From: an uncultured Pseudomonadota bacterium
GTDB lineage: Bacteria > Pseudomonadota > Gammaproteobacteria > CAJXQU01
NCBI GenBank assembly: GCA_913058255.1
Contig: CAJXQU010000002.1
Coordinates: 169,352 to 233,351, forward strand
DNA: 64,000 nucleotides
Direction: 5' to 3'
Positions within the stretch are counted from its first letter, which is position 1. Every line of letters begins with the position of its first letter. Shown here in pieces: positions 50,177 through 59,618 of the stretch. Below the pieces are notes generated by a model, which was not told the DNA's origin, ran no database searches, and worked only from the letters and a program-made list of their open reading frames with translations. The translations under genes and the position numbers were made by a program.

Positions 50177-50590
50177 TCACGGTGTCTCTTTGTTGTCTTT
50201 TATGCTCTCGATAATCGGGCAATCGTGGTTGTCACCACTTTTAAAGCATGCATTGAGCATGCCTGAGAGGTCTTTTTTGAGATTCATTAGATCAATCAGG
50301 CCTTGCTCAACCTCCTGAAGCTTTTCCGAGATCAGTTTCTGTGCTTGTGGTTTGTCAATAAGCTCAGCTGTTTCTATCCTGATTAGCTGGTGAATTTCGC
50401 TAAGTGAAAATTTCATTCGCTTGGCTCGTTTTATAAATCTTACTCGGTCAATGTCTTTGGGCTCATAGCGACGACGTCCACCCTCATCTTTAGTAATATG
50501 AGGGAGTAAACCAATTTTTTCGTAGTACCTAAGTGTATGAATAGACACTCCGATTTCTTTAGATACGTCACCAATAGATTTTTGCATTAG
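50177..50590 (-). CDS. MerR-family heavy-metal-responsive regulator
   Basis: SIGDVSK..TLRYYEKIGLL..GGRRRY, FSLSEI and C-terminal C..CPII. Confidence 0.92.
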   Translation of the reverse strand, partial: LMQKSIGDVSKEIGVSIHTLRYYEKIGLLPHITKDEGGRRRYEPKDIDRVRFIKRAKRMKFSLSEIHQLIRIETAELIDKPQAQKLISEKLQEVEQGLIDLMNLKKDLSGMLNACFKSGDNHDCPIIESIKDNKETP

Positions 50591-51039
50591 TGACATGCCT
50601 TTCCCATTTTTTCAAGTCGCCAGTAATTGTAGGGCAGTGGGGTAATAAAGCCAGCCAATAACATTGGTGGAATCGCCCACCATATTAACCTTGCTTCGCC
50701 GACTAGAAAATAGTCAACGAGGTTCATCGCGGCTTCCATTGAAATCATACTGACGAGGCTCATTCCAACGGCAGTCTTAAATGCGATGAGAAATGCCATT
50801 TGCCTACTTAAAATGAAACTTTCAAGTGCAATGCTGGTGAAAATCCCGTTCACCGCTGCGATAGACATGACAGTTAGTGTTACTGTTCCGGGAGAATAGG
50901 TTTGAAACCAAAGGATCGTGCCAAAATCACCGATGACACAGCCCAAGAGGCACCACGCAGTATTTTTTGAGGATTGCTTCCAATTGAGTTTGCTAAACCA
51001 ATTAAAAGATGAATTGAGGTTTTTGTTTGTACTTTTCAT
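50587..51039 (-). CDS. DUF4396 membrane protein
   Basis: TAWCLLGCVIGD..SMISME..PYNYW. Start set at ATG 51039 because upstream starts fall inside the promoter. Confidence 0.85.
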   Translation of the reverse strand: MKSTNKNLNSSFNWFSKLNWKQSSKNTAWCLLGCVIGDFGTILWFQTYSPGTVTLTVMSIAAVNGIFTSIALESFILSRQMAFLIAFKTAVGMSLVSMISMEAAMNLVDYFLVGEARLIWWAIPPMLLAGFITPLPYNYWRLEKMGKACH

Positions 51040-51045
51040 GGTTGC

Positions 51046-51076
51046 ATGATACAACCTAGAGTTAACTCTAAGTCAA
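51046..51076 (-). promoter_or_regulatory. MerR-type promoter/operator
   Basis: TTGACT-19 bp-TATCAT with perfect dyad TAGAGTTAACTCTA in the spacer. Confidence 0.88.
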
Positions 51077-51109
51077 GAGCTTTTCTAAGATACTAGGCAT
51101 TTACAGAAA

Positions 51110-51442
51110 GTAGCCCTTAGAGTAACTTTTCGTACCGTTGGACTTCAAACCCCTCTTAGGCATACATTTTTTTAAGCTGTTGGTTTTCATCTTCAAGCGC
51201 TTTCATCCGTTTCATTAGTGATGCATCCATGCCGCCATACTTCGCACGCCATTTATAGAAGGTTGCATTGCTCATTCCGTGTTCGCGGCAGAGTTCAACA
51301 ACTGATGTGCCCGCTTCATTTTGTTTCAACAATAGGCAGGATCTGACTGTCGGTGTAACGTGATTTCTTCATAGAAAATTCCTCTATTTAGTTTACGAGT
51401 ATTTTCTACTTAAAACTCCTGTTATTTTTCGGGGGGACTACA
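51110..51442 (-). mobile_element. Truncated IS3-family element (left end plus degenerate orfA)
   Basis: Left end TGTAGTCCCCCC.. at 51442. orfA from 51372 reads MKKSRYTDSQI, then a frameshift, then ELCREHGMSNATFYKWRAKYGGM..LKKMYA-stop. No orfB. Confidence 0.85.
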
Positions 51443-52495
51443 TTCATCATCAGGTAATGTAGTTCCCATTTCCTGTGCTCTTTTTTTCCACATTCGTTTT
51501 GCATATTTTTGCATATCGGGAGTCTTATCACTTTCATCCATTATCTCTAGACCTAATAATGTTTCGAGAATATCTTCCATCGTTATTATTCCTTCCATAC
51601 CACCATATTCATCGACAATAACCATAATGTGAACGCGTTTGTGCAGTACTTTTTCAAAGGCGTCAGAGACTGTTGTCGTGTCTGATAAGGTGCTTAGTTC
51701 ACGTCTATACGTTTCTAGGGGTTTATCTGTATTATTTCGTGCTTGAGCGAGTAGCAGGTCATCTTTTAGTACAAAACCTGTGAAGATTTCATCATCTTCG
51801 GCATAGATGGGGATGCGTGAGAAACGAGAGTCATAATGTTCGTCGAAATATTCAAATACGGTGACTGATTCTGGTAATGAAAAAACGACAGGGCGTGGTG
51901 TCATGACGTTCGTTACTCTCATCTCATGTAACAAGAACATATTTTTTAAAATGCGAGATTCACGTTCTTCAAGTTGGCCTTCTTCTTCGCCTAACTCTGC
52001 CATTGCAGCGAACTCTTCGCGACTGAAACCTTCTATTCTTTTATTATGTGAAAGGCCTCGTGTCAGGAATTCAGACATGACAACAAAGGGATATAAAATT
52101 CTAATAAGGTATTTCACACTATGGGCTGTGACACTAGCGAGAGAACGCCAGTAGGTTGCCCCTAAGGTTTTGGGAATTATTTCAGAGAAAATTAAGATGA
52201 GTAGTGTTAAAAAGACAGAAAAAATGCCGACCCAAGCGTTACCGAAGACGATAGTTGCTTGCGCTCCAGCACCGACAGCTCCTGCAGTATGAGCAATCGT
52301 ATTTAACGTTAATATTGCTGCCAGAGGCTTGTTTATATCGTTTTTTAGTTCACGTAATAGTGGCCCAGAACTTTTCTTTTTTTGTTCTAATACACTGATA
52401 TGAGCAGTTGTAACGCTTAATAGGACTGCCTCATAGATAGAACATAAAAATGAGAGCAGCACTGTAATAATCACAAAAACTATCAGTAATGTCAT
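51422..52495 (-). CDS. CNNM/hemolysin-family CBS-domain protein
   Basis: SFLCSIYEAVLLS, EIIPKT, VMTPR, FSRIPIY and VDEYGG. Confidence 0.92.
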   Translation of the reverse strand: MTLLIVFVIITVLLSFLCSIYEAVLLSVTTAHISVLEQKKKSSGPLLRELKNDINKPLAAILTLNTIAHTAGAVGAGAQATIVFGNAWVGIFSVFLTLLILIFSEIIPKTLGATYWRSLASVTAHSVKYLIRILYPFVVMSEFLTRGLSHNKRIEGFSREEFAAMAELGEEEGQLEERESRILKNMFLLHEMRVTNVMTPRPVVFSLPESVTVFEYFDEHYDSRFSRIPIYAEDDEIFTGFVLKDDLLLAQARNNTDKPLETYRRELSTLSDTTTVSDAFEKVLHKRVHIMVIVDEYGGMEGIITMEDILETLLGLEIMDESDKTPDMQKYAKRMWKKRAQEMGTTLPDDECSPPEK

Positions 52496-52600
52496 ATTTA
52501 AAAGATACTTGACCGACTAGATATTGGCAAGTTAATTATTAGAGCGAATTGACTTGTTCTTTAAAATAACTAAACCATATGCTTTTTTATAAAGATAGGT

Positions 52601-52930
52601 TTAATCGGGGTTAGGCTTTTTTTTATTCTGTGAAGCTATAAGCTTACTTTCATCTTTTAAAGGTTTGCCTACAGGACAGACTTCTTGCATAAAGCCATTT
52701 AACGTATTTACGAGGCTTTTTTCAACGAGGCTATAGTGAACATACTGACCTTTTTTCTCACTACTGACCAAACCTGCATTCTCTAAGACACTTAGGTGTT
52801 TAGATAGAGAGGGCTTACTGATTTCAAAACGCTCAGCTATCTCCCCAGCAGTCATGCTGGTGGCGGATAGGTACGCTAGTATTTTACGGCGGACAGTAGA
52901 AGAGAGTGCTTGAAAAATTTTTTCCATCAT
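52601..52930 (-). CDS. ArsR/SdpR-like transcriptional repressor
   Basis: MEKIFQALSSTVRRKIL..MTAGEIAERFEISKPSLSKHL. Confidence 0.9.
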   Translation of the reverse strand: MMEKIFQALSSTVRRKILAYLSATSMTAGEIAERFEISKPSLSKHLSVLENAGLVSSEKKGQYVHYSLVEKSLVNTLNGFMQEVCPVGKPLKDESKLIASQNKKKPNPD

Positions 52931-52962
52931 TATGTGTTCTATTGTTGTACATGGGCACCATG

Positions 52963-53029
52963 TAATTAGCTTATTGACTAAATAACTAAACAGTGAATAT
53001 AATAAGTTAATTAGCTTATCAGCTAAATA
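52963..53029. promoter_or_regulatory. Duplicated operator between divergent genes
   Basis: TAATTAGCTTATTGACTAAATA (52963-52984) and TAATTAGCTTATCAGCTAAATA (53008-53029), each an imperfect TTAG-N8-CTAA palindrome. Confidence 0.75.
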
Positions 53030-53062
53030 TATCATGTGTGTGAATAGAGAGGCAAGATTAAT

Positions 53063-53461
53063 ATGAGTGAGGGAGTTGATGTATCTATTTTATATGATAA
53101 AGATTGTCCATTTTGTCATTTGTACCATCAAAATTTGCGTTTGGAAGACACTTTAGACAGCGTCACGATAATTAATGCTCGCGAGCCTTCTGACTTGTTA
53201 ACGGAGGTTACTGAACTGGGTTTGGATGTTGATGAGGGTATGGTTGTTAAGGTTAATAACGTTATTTATAACGGTGCTGATGCCTTACACGTAATCAGTT
53301 CATTTAGTTCTAAATCTACCTTGTTTAATCGTTTGAATTATTACATGTTCAGATCAAAAGGGGTTACAAAAATGATCTATCCATATTTACGATCTTGTAG
53401 AAGTCTCGCTTTGTGGCTCATGTATAAATCTAAAATAAAAAACTTGAAGGAAATTAAATAA
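53063..53461 (+). CDS. DCC1-like thiol-disulfide oxidoreductase (DUF393)
   Basis: YDKDCPFC (DxxCxxC) and GADA. Confidence 0.85.
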   Translation: MSEGVDVSILYDKDCPFCHLYHQNLRLEDTLDSVTIINAREPSDLLTEVTELGLDVDEGMVVKVNNVIYNGADALHVISSFSSKSTLFNRLNYYMFRSKGVTKMIYPYLRSCRSLALWLMYKSKIKNLKEIK

Positions 53462-54385
53462 ATGTCAGAGCAAGAAACACTAAAAAATAATAAACCTAAT
53501 CCTAGAATTATTTTTTTTATTTTATTATTAGGTTTTATCTACTTAATGGTTTATTTTCTTATAAAAAAGGATATTGATAGTTCTGCTGCGCTCTATATTG
53601 GTGTACCAATGATCCTTGCGATAGGACTTAGTCGTCTACCACATGCAAAGACCCCTATGGGGACGACGATGAAGGCGTTGACTATGTTGTTGATTTTATC
53701 AGTGCCACTGCTAAGAGAAGGTTTTGTTTGTATTATCATGGCTGCACCGATTTTATATAGTGCAGCTGCATTGTTTACACTACTATTTCAAAAGATAAGA
53801 AAGGCTGATAACCACAGTAATAAAATGCAGTTATCGGCAATTACTGTGCTGCTTACATTAACGTCTGTCGAAGGGATTGATGAGAGTTTAAGTTTCAATC
53901 GATATAACGAAGTTGAATACACGACAACGGTTAACCTTGATATTACGACGATCAGAGAAAACCTTTCTAAAGCAACAATTCCGACCGATAAACGACCATT
54001 TTTTCTACGTGTTTTTCCACTACCTATCGACATGCAGGGGAGCGGGTTAGATGTAGGGGATGAACGAGTTCTTAATTATGAATATAAAAAATGGATAGTG
54101 ACCAACATGCATAAAGGTTCAACGGTTTTTAAAATTACGAGTGCGACTCAGAACCATATCCGTTTTGAAATCCCACATGATGACAGTTACATTAGCAACT
54201 ACTTAACATGGCATGCTTCGGATGTCTTTCTTGAGCCGGTGGATAATGGAGCTACTAATGTCACATGGCGTTTGAGTTATGAGCGAAAGCTCGATCCTTT
54301 TTGGTACTTTGCACCGCTTCAACATTATGCAACTTATTTAACCGCAAAAGTTTTAACAGACAATGTTGTTGCAGAGCATAAATAA
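53462..54385 (+). CDS. Membrane protein with C-terminal SRPBCC-like domain
   Basis: Four to five TM helices (SAALYIGVP, EGFVCIIMAAP), then a soluble domain ending in YERKLDPFWYFAPL. The fold assignment is inferred. Confidence 0.65.
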   Translation: MSEQETLKNNKPNPRIIFFILLLGFIYLMVYFLIKKDIDSSAALYIGVPMILAIGLSRLPHAKTPMGTTMKALTMLLILSVPLLREGFVCIIMAAPILYSAAALFTLLFQKIRKADNHSNKMQLSAITVLLTLTSVEGIDESLSFNRYNEVEYTTTVNLDITTIRENLSKATIPTDKRPFFLRVFPLPIDMQGSGLDVGDERVLNYEYKKWIVTNMHKGSTVFKITSATQNHIRFEIPHDDSYISNYLTWHASDVFLEPVDNGATNVTWRLSYERKLDPFWYFAPLQHYATYLTAKVLTDNVVAEHK

Positions 54386-55313
54386 CCCCGATGTACTTAA
54401 TGCAGTCATCTTATTAGCGCCTATGATCGTACTAGGCGCTCTACTATTCGTGAGGCCAGCAAAATATTTTGAACGTGTAGGAATGATGCTTGGATTCCTA
54501 CTTTGTGTGCCAATGATATTGTTGATGAATGTATTGGCTGAGTATCTAGGATGGTGGAAGTATGCAGCAACAGCTAATAGTTATTACAATATTCCTATAG
54601 AAGTTATCCTTGGTTGGGCTTGCTTTTGGGGAGCGTTATTACCTTATTTATTTAAACAAAATAAGGTGTTGGTTGCATTCTTTGTAGCCTTGATGATTGA
54701 CCTGATTTACATGCCTTACATGACAGGTTTATTTGTTTTAGGTGAATACTGGTTGATTGGTGAGATCGCTGTTTTAGTAACATGTTTGCTTCCATCTTTA
54801 ATTATTTACCAACTAACTGCTACAAGAAAAAAAGTATTATTGAGAGGGGGTATTCAATCATATATTTGGGGGACATGGATCGTATTTCTTATCCCATCGT
54901 TGATATTAACATATGAACATAAAAGTATATTTGATATTTTTTCAATGAATGCTTTACGAGTACTCATTTTCTTGATCGGTATGGGGAGCAGTATGTTGAT
55001 CGGTTATCTTGCAGTCGTACAATTGGCTAAAGTTGGTTTAGGAACTCCTATACCCTTTGATTCAGCACAAAAACTTGTGCGTACCGGAATTTATCAACAC
55101 GTAGCCAATCCATTGCAGATATCAACAGCACTAATGTTTATCTGTATGGCACTTTTATATAAAAGCTGGATGATGCTCTGCCCATTGATAGCGCTTATTT
55201 TGTACACTGAAATCTTTGTTCGTTGGCATCATAGCGTAGATATAGAACAGCGTTTTGGAGAAGCGTGGTTTGAGTATAGAAAGCAGGTTAGAAACTGGCT
55301 CCCCAAATGGTAG
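54363..55313 (+). CDS. Polytopic membrane protein with ICMT/PEMT methyltransferase domain
   Basis: C-terminal GTPIPFD..LVRTGIYQHVANPLQ..RFGEAWFEYRKQVRNWLP. Confidence 0.8.
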   Translation: MLLQSINNPDVLNAVILLAPMIVLGALLFVRPAKYFERVGMMLGFLLCVPMILLMNVLAEYLGWWKYAATANSYYNIPIEVILGWACFWGALLPYLFKQNKVLVAFFVALMIDLIYMPYMTGLFVLGEYWLIGEIAVLVTCLLPSLIIYQLTATRKKVLLRGGIQSYIWGTWIVFLIPSLILTYEHKSIFDIFSMNALRVLIFLIGMGSSMLIGYLAVVQLAKVGLGTPIPFDSAQKLVRTGIYQHVANPLQISTALMFICMALLYKSWMMLCPLIALILYTEIFVRWHHSVDIEQRFGEAWFEYRKQVRNWLPKW

Positions 55314-55544
55314 TAATAAAACAGAAAATAGGGTCAGGCCTTTCCATATCATATTTTATTCATAGAGTTTGAAATTTTACTAGTCGTCGTGAGATGTGTT
55401 TCATCAGAAAATAAGTGCAACTCTATTTTCGGTGGTTTAAGCCCAAAGAGCGGCATTAACTACTTTCAAAAGACGCTTTCGGTAAGTGTGTATGGGGAAG
55501 CTTGAAATATAGTTTATGTTTGCTGTTTAGAGCACTCTCTAGCA

Positions 55545-56246
55545 TTAATTAAGAACCAGCAAACCATTTTCTAATTTAAAAACTTTATCCATTCGATTCG
55601 CCAACTCAATGTCGTGAGTGACGATTAATAAAGCTGAGTTCATCGAGCGTTGTAATTCCATCATTAGTTCAAAAACCTGATCGGCTGTATCACGATCAAG
55701 GTTTCCAGTAGGTTCATCAGCCAGTAGACATTTTGGGTTGGTGATCAGTGCGCGTGCGATTGCTGTTCTTTGTCGCTCGCCACCAGAAAGTTCGCTGGGT
55801 TTGTGAGCGATCCTCTCCGCAAGACCAACCTTATCTAAAATTTCTCTGGCTGCGCTCTTTGCTTTTTTAACCGATTCGCCAGCGATCAACAATGGCATTG
55901 CGACATTTTCTTCTGCAGTAAATTCAGGCAATAAATGGTGAAATTGATAGACAAAGCCAAGACTTCGATTTCTTAGTTTGCCGCGTTCGGATTCACTCAA
56001 GTTATTCATCTTTTCACCATCGACGATGACTTCGCCAGAGGAGGGGAGATCGAGACCTCCTAACAAATGCATAAGTGTACTTTTCCCCGAACCTGATGAA
56101 CCTATAATAGCGACACTTTCTCCTGCATTGATTTCAACGTTGATACCTTTCAGGACATCGACATGTAGGATACCTTCCTGAAAAGACATGGTCAGATCAT
56201 GGCAGGCCAATAAAGATTCTTGATTGTTATTCATTGTGCTACTCAT
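55545..56246 (-). CDS. lolD: Lipoprotein-releasing ABC transporter ATPase
   Basis: GSSGSGKST, LolD motif LGFVYQFHHLL and LSGGE. Confidence 0.95.
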   Translation of the reverse strand: MSSTMNNNQESLLACHDLTMSFQEGILHVDVLKGINVEINAGESVAIIGSSGSGKSTLMHLLGGLDLPSSGEVIVDGEKMNNLSESERGKLRNRSLGFVYQFHHLLPEFTAEENVAMPLLIAGESVKKAKSAAREILDKVGLAERIAHKPSELSGGERQRTAIARALITNPKCLLADEPTGNLDRDTADQVFELMMELQRSMNSALLIVTHDIELANRMDKVFKLENGLLVLN

Positions 56247-57486
56247 AACGCAGGGCTTCCGCAGGTTGGGTTCGACCAGCGCGCCAAGCAGGATAAAGCG
56301 TAGCGAGCAGACATAAGATGAAGGCAACAATACCGATATTGATCACTTCGTTCCATTGTAGATCTGAAGGTACTCCGCTGATCACATAAACACCGGGATC
56401 CATAAATTGAGTTTGTAACTTATCTTCAATCCAAGGAACAATCGTTTTAATATTTAGGGCTAATAACACCCCACCAATCATGCCGAGAATGGTGCCGACT
56501 AAACCAATGATCATGCCTTGAACAATAAACACCCACATAATGCTACGCGGAGTCATGCCTAAGGTTCTCAGAATAGCAACGTCGGCTTGTTTATCAGTAA
56601 CGACCATAATCAGGGTTGAAACGATATTAAAAGCTGCGACGGCGATGATCAGCGACAAGATAACCGCCATGACAACTTGCTCGGTTTTTAACGCCTTGAA
56701 GAAATTGGTGTGATGCTGTGTCCAGTCGATGACACCATAATAACCGGGCAGTTGTTTAACAATATCCCGGCTGATAGTTGGGGCATTGAACATGTCATCG
56801 AGCTTTAAACGTATGCCACTGACACCATTTTTGATCTTGAAAAGTTTCTTCGCATCTTCAATATGAATAATCGCCAGTGAAGAGTCATATTCATTCATGC
56901 CGATATTAAAAATACCAACGACATTAAAGCGTTTTAGGCGTGGAACAATGCCGGCGGGTGTCGAGTTGGGTTGTGGCGCGACGATGGTTACCTTGTCACC
57001 AACACTGACACGTAAGCTATTCGCCAGCGCATAACCTAAGGTAATATTATATTCTCCGGCTTTTAGATCGGTTAACTTACCTTGTACCATCTTGTCGGCG
57101 ACAACAGACACTTCAGGTTCTTTTTCTGGCAAGATCCCTCTGATAAGAGCACCTTGCACACCGCCACCATTGGTGAGCATCGCTTGAGTGCGGACAAAGG
57201 GTGCAACGCCCAAAACATGCGGCTGTTTCTTTAAGGTTTCTTCTAAAGACTCCCAGTTTCGTAATGCACGGCCTGGTTCTACAACGCTGGCGTGAGCGGT
57301 CATGCCCAAGATTCGATTACGTAATTCATTCTCAAAGCCATTCATCACAGAGAGAACGACGATCAAGGCCATCACCCCAAGTGCGACTCCTAGCATAGAG
57401 GATAAGGAGATGAATGAGATAAAATGATTACGGCGTTTGGCGCGGGTATATCTCAGGCCAATACTGAGTTCAATAGGTCGAAACAT
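56239..57486 (-). CDS. Lipoprotein-releasing ABC transporter permease (LolC/E family)
   Basis: RYTRAKRRNHFISFIS, SVMNGF, VAAFNIVSTL and PAEALRYE. Confidence 0.95.
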   Translation of the reverse strand: MFRPIELSIGLRYTRAKRRNHFISFISLSSMLGVALGVMALIVVLSVMNGFENELRNRILGMTAHASVVEPGRALRNWESLEETLKKQPHVLGVAPFVRTQAMLTNGGGVQGALIRGILPEKEPEVSVVADKMVQGKLTDLKAGEYNITLGYALANSLRVSVGDKVTIVAPQPNSTPAGIVPRLKRFNVVGIFNIGMNEYDSSLAIIHIEDAKKLFKIKNGVSGIRLKLDDMFNAPTISRDIVKQLPGYYGVIDWTQHHTNFFKALKTEQVVMAVILSLIIAVAAFNIVSTLIMVVTDKQADVAILRTLGMTPRSIMWVFIVQGMIIGLVGTILGMIGGVLLALNIKTIVPWIEDKLQTQFMDPGVYVISGVPSDLQWNEVINIGIVAFILCLLATLYPAWRAGRTQPAEALRYE

Positions 57487-57600
57487 AGATAAGGATTATA
57501 GCCTGCTCTGATTGTTTGAAGGATAAGGTTACGTATTGTACTTTATAATTTATAGCTTAGAAGGTTGGACTTGAGGAAAGTTTCCTATAATCTGCCGCCT

Positions 57601-58272
57601 ATGAAGATTTTAGCTATTGATACTTCCACTGAAGCCTGTTCGGCCGCACTTTCTGTTGATGATGAAGTGATTTCACGTTTTGAGATTGCACCCAGAAAAC
57701 ATACCGAACTGATTCTGCCGATGATCGACTCTTTAATGAAAGAGGCTGCTTTGCTACCAACCCAACTTGATGGTTTGGCCTTTACACGAGGGCCTGGTGC
57801 TTTTACAGGTGTACGTGTTGCGACAGGTATTATTCAAGGAATTGCTTTTGCTGCTGATCTGCCGGTGGCTCCGATTTCATCTTTAGCGGCTTTGGCGCAA
57901 GGTCAGTTCCGAGAGCAGGGTACAAATCACGTGATCAGCGCGATTGATGCGCGTATGAAAGAGATTTATTGGGGGTTTTATCAGCAACAAGCTGGGTTGA
58001 TGAAAGCTTGTCAGCCAGAAGGAGTCTGTCCTGCCGATCAGATCCCTATCCCTACAAATAACGACGAATGGTTAGGGGCAGGCACTGGCTGGGCTAGTTA
58101 TGGCGAGCTTCTCAATAATCGCCTAGCAGGAAAAGTTCATACAAGTAACTCATATGCCTACCCACATTCCGTAGATGTAATTACGCTAGCGAAGCCTATG
58201 TTTAAATCAGGAGAGTTGGTCAGTGCTGATCAAATTAGTCCGGTTTATTTACGAGATAATGTGGTGTCCTGA
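57601..58272 (+). CDS. tsaB: tRNA threonylcarbamoyladenosine biosynthesis protein TsaB
   Basis: MKILAIDTSTEACS, GPGAFTGVR, IDARM and PVYLR. Confidence 0.95.
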   Translation: MKILAIDTSTEACSAALSVDDEVISRFEIAPRKHTELILPMIDSLMKEAALLPTQLDGLAFTRGPGAFTGVRVATGIIQGIAFAADLPVAPISSLAALAQGQFREQGTNHVISAIDARMKEIYWGFYQQQAGLMKACQPEGVCPADQIPIPTNNDEWLGAGTGWASYGELLNNRLAGKVHTSNSYAYPHSVDVITLAKPMFKSGELVSADQISPVYLRDNVVS

Positions 58273-59023
58273 GTCGTTCCACTCCCGTTTTAATATCACC
58301 ATTAGGATGGAGTTTTAACCAGCGATATCCTGGCTGCATGTTATCCGTTCCAAATTGTTTCGCACCTGGGATAAACTGAGCACCGGTTGACGGTGTTCCC
58401 ATCAACTGCACGCCATTCCTTTGGCCAGAAAACTCTTGATGAATGTGTCCCCAAATAATGCCTTTAACATTCTGATAATCATCAACAATCTCAAACAGTT
58501 CATCCGCATTCTCAAGCATCATGCCGTCCATCCATTCGCTTTCGATTGAAACGGGGTGATGATGCAAGCAAAGCAATACATTTGTTTCTTTTGCCTTAAT
58601 AAGATTTCTTGTTAACTTATCTAACTCGCTTCGACTCAACATACCACCATGGCTAGCTGGCTTGTGAGAGTTGAGGAAAACAACCGACCAGTTATTTAGC
58701 GTTTCGATTGATGTATATGATTCGGCAAAAATACCTTTCATCATTGCCGGCTCGTCATGGTTTCCAGCTAAATAGAAAACAGGCTTATTTACCGTTGACA
58801 TGATTTTTTGTAAATTTTGATAAGCAATCACTTCAGGTTCCTGAACTAAGTCACCAGTAACAATCATATAATTAAACGTTGGGAAATCTTCATTGATTTG
58901 ATCTAAGACAGCGGTGAGAGAATCACTCGTGTTAATCCCATCAAAAGTCTCATTTTGATTTGTAAAAATATGTGTATCCGTGATCTGGATAAGTACGATT
59001 TCATTCTGTCTTTTATTATTCAT
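58235..59023 (-). CDS. cpdA: 3',5'-cyclic-AMP phosphodiesterase
   Basis: QITDTH, TGDL, GNHD, HHHP, WGHIHQ and TPST. Confidence 0.9.
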   Translation of the reverse strand: MNNKRQNEIVLIQITDTHIFTNQNETFDGINTSDSLTAVLDQINEDFPTFNYMIVTGDLVQEPEVIAYQNLQKIMSTVNKPVFYLAGNHDEPAMMKGIFAESYTSIETLNNWSVVFLNSHKPASHGGMLSRSELDKLTRNLIKAKETNVLLCLHHHPVSIESEWMDGMMLENADELFEIVDDYQNVKGIIWGHIHQEFSGQRNGVQLMGTPSTGAQFIPGAKQFGTDNMQPGYRWLKLHPNGDIKTGVERLRTPHYLVNKPD

Positions 59024-59190
59024 CTATATTCTTACATTAAAAGTATAACGATCTGTTTACTAAGTATATTTAGAGTTAAATCCTTAATTATATAAGGTCA
59101 AAAAACTACGCTTGAACAGTAACATACAGCATATTGCACTGGAGAACTTACTTGACCATAGAGCTTCGTATATTGTAACTTAGCCAGAAT

Positions 59191-59208
59191 ATTGACGTTA
59201 TAGTCAAT
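59191..59208. promoter_or_regulatory. Palindromic candidate operator
   Basis: ATTGAC-N6-GTCAAT, 48 bp upstream of the 59257 ORF. Confidence 0.35.
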
Positions 59209-59256
59209 GTGATCATAATAAAGCTGTTTATTTAGTTTAGAAGGGGACTTTTTTAA

Positions 59257-59544
59257 ATGGATATTTCAAAGGAAAACACTGAGCTAAGATCAGAAATTAA
59301 TAGATCCGAGATTCAAGAATTTAAGCATGCTGAAGATACTTATCAGCAAAAAGCTATACACCAAAGTTCAACTTCTTCTGAAGAAATTGAAAATGCGATC
59401 AAATTATCTGCCGCTTCGTTTGAAAGTTGCGACGCAAACGAATTGATGCACTGCTACCAGATTGCAATCGACTTCGGCGTTCCTACGGCACAACGTGCAT
59501 TGGCGATGTATCAATCAAAATCTTTGTTAAAAGATAGCTATTAA
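59257..59544 (+). CDS. Hypothetical protein
   Basis: 95 aa ORF with RBS AGGGG. No family recognised. Confidence 0.65.
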   Translation: MDISKENTELRSEINRSEIQEFKHAEDTYQQKAIHQSSTSSEEIENAIKLSAASFESCDANELMHCYQIAIDFGVPTAQRALAMYQSKSLLKDSY

Positions 59545-59618
59545 GTTCTAATCTTTATCTTTGTTTAATTAAGGATTGTTATCAAAAGGTTAAGCCCTGT
59601 TAGGTTTATAGATAACAA

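Noticed and set aside
52931-53035. Long N-terminal extensions given in the ORF track (ArsR here; also lolD, tsaB, LysR, tautomerase, GST)
   Set aside because: They run through operators, promoters or neighbouring genes; downstream starts fit the family N-termini better.
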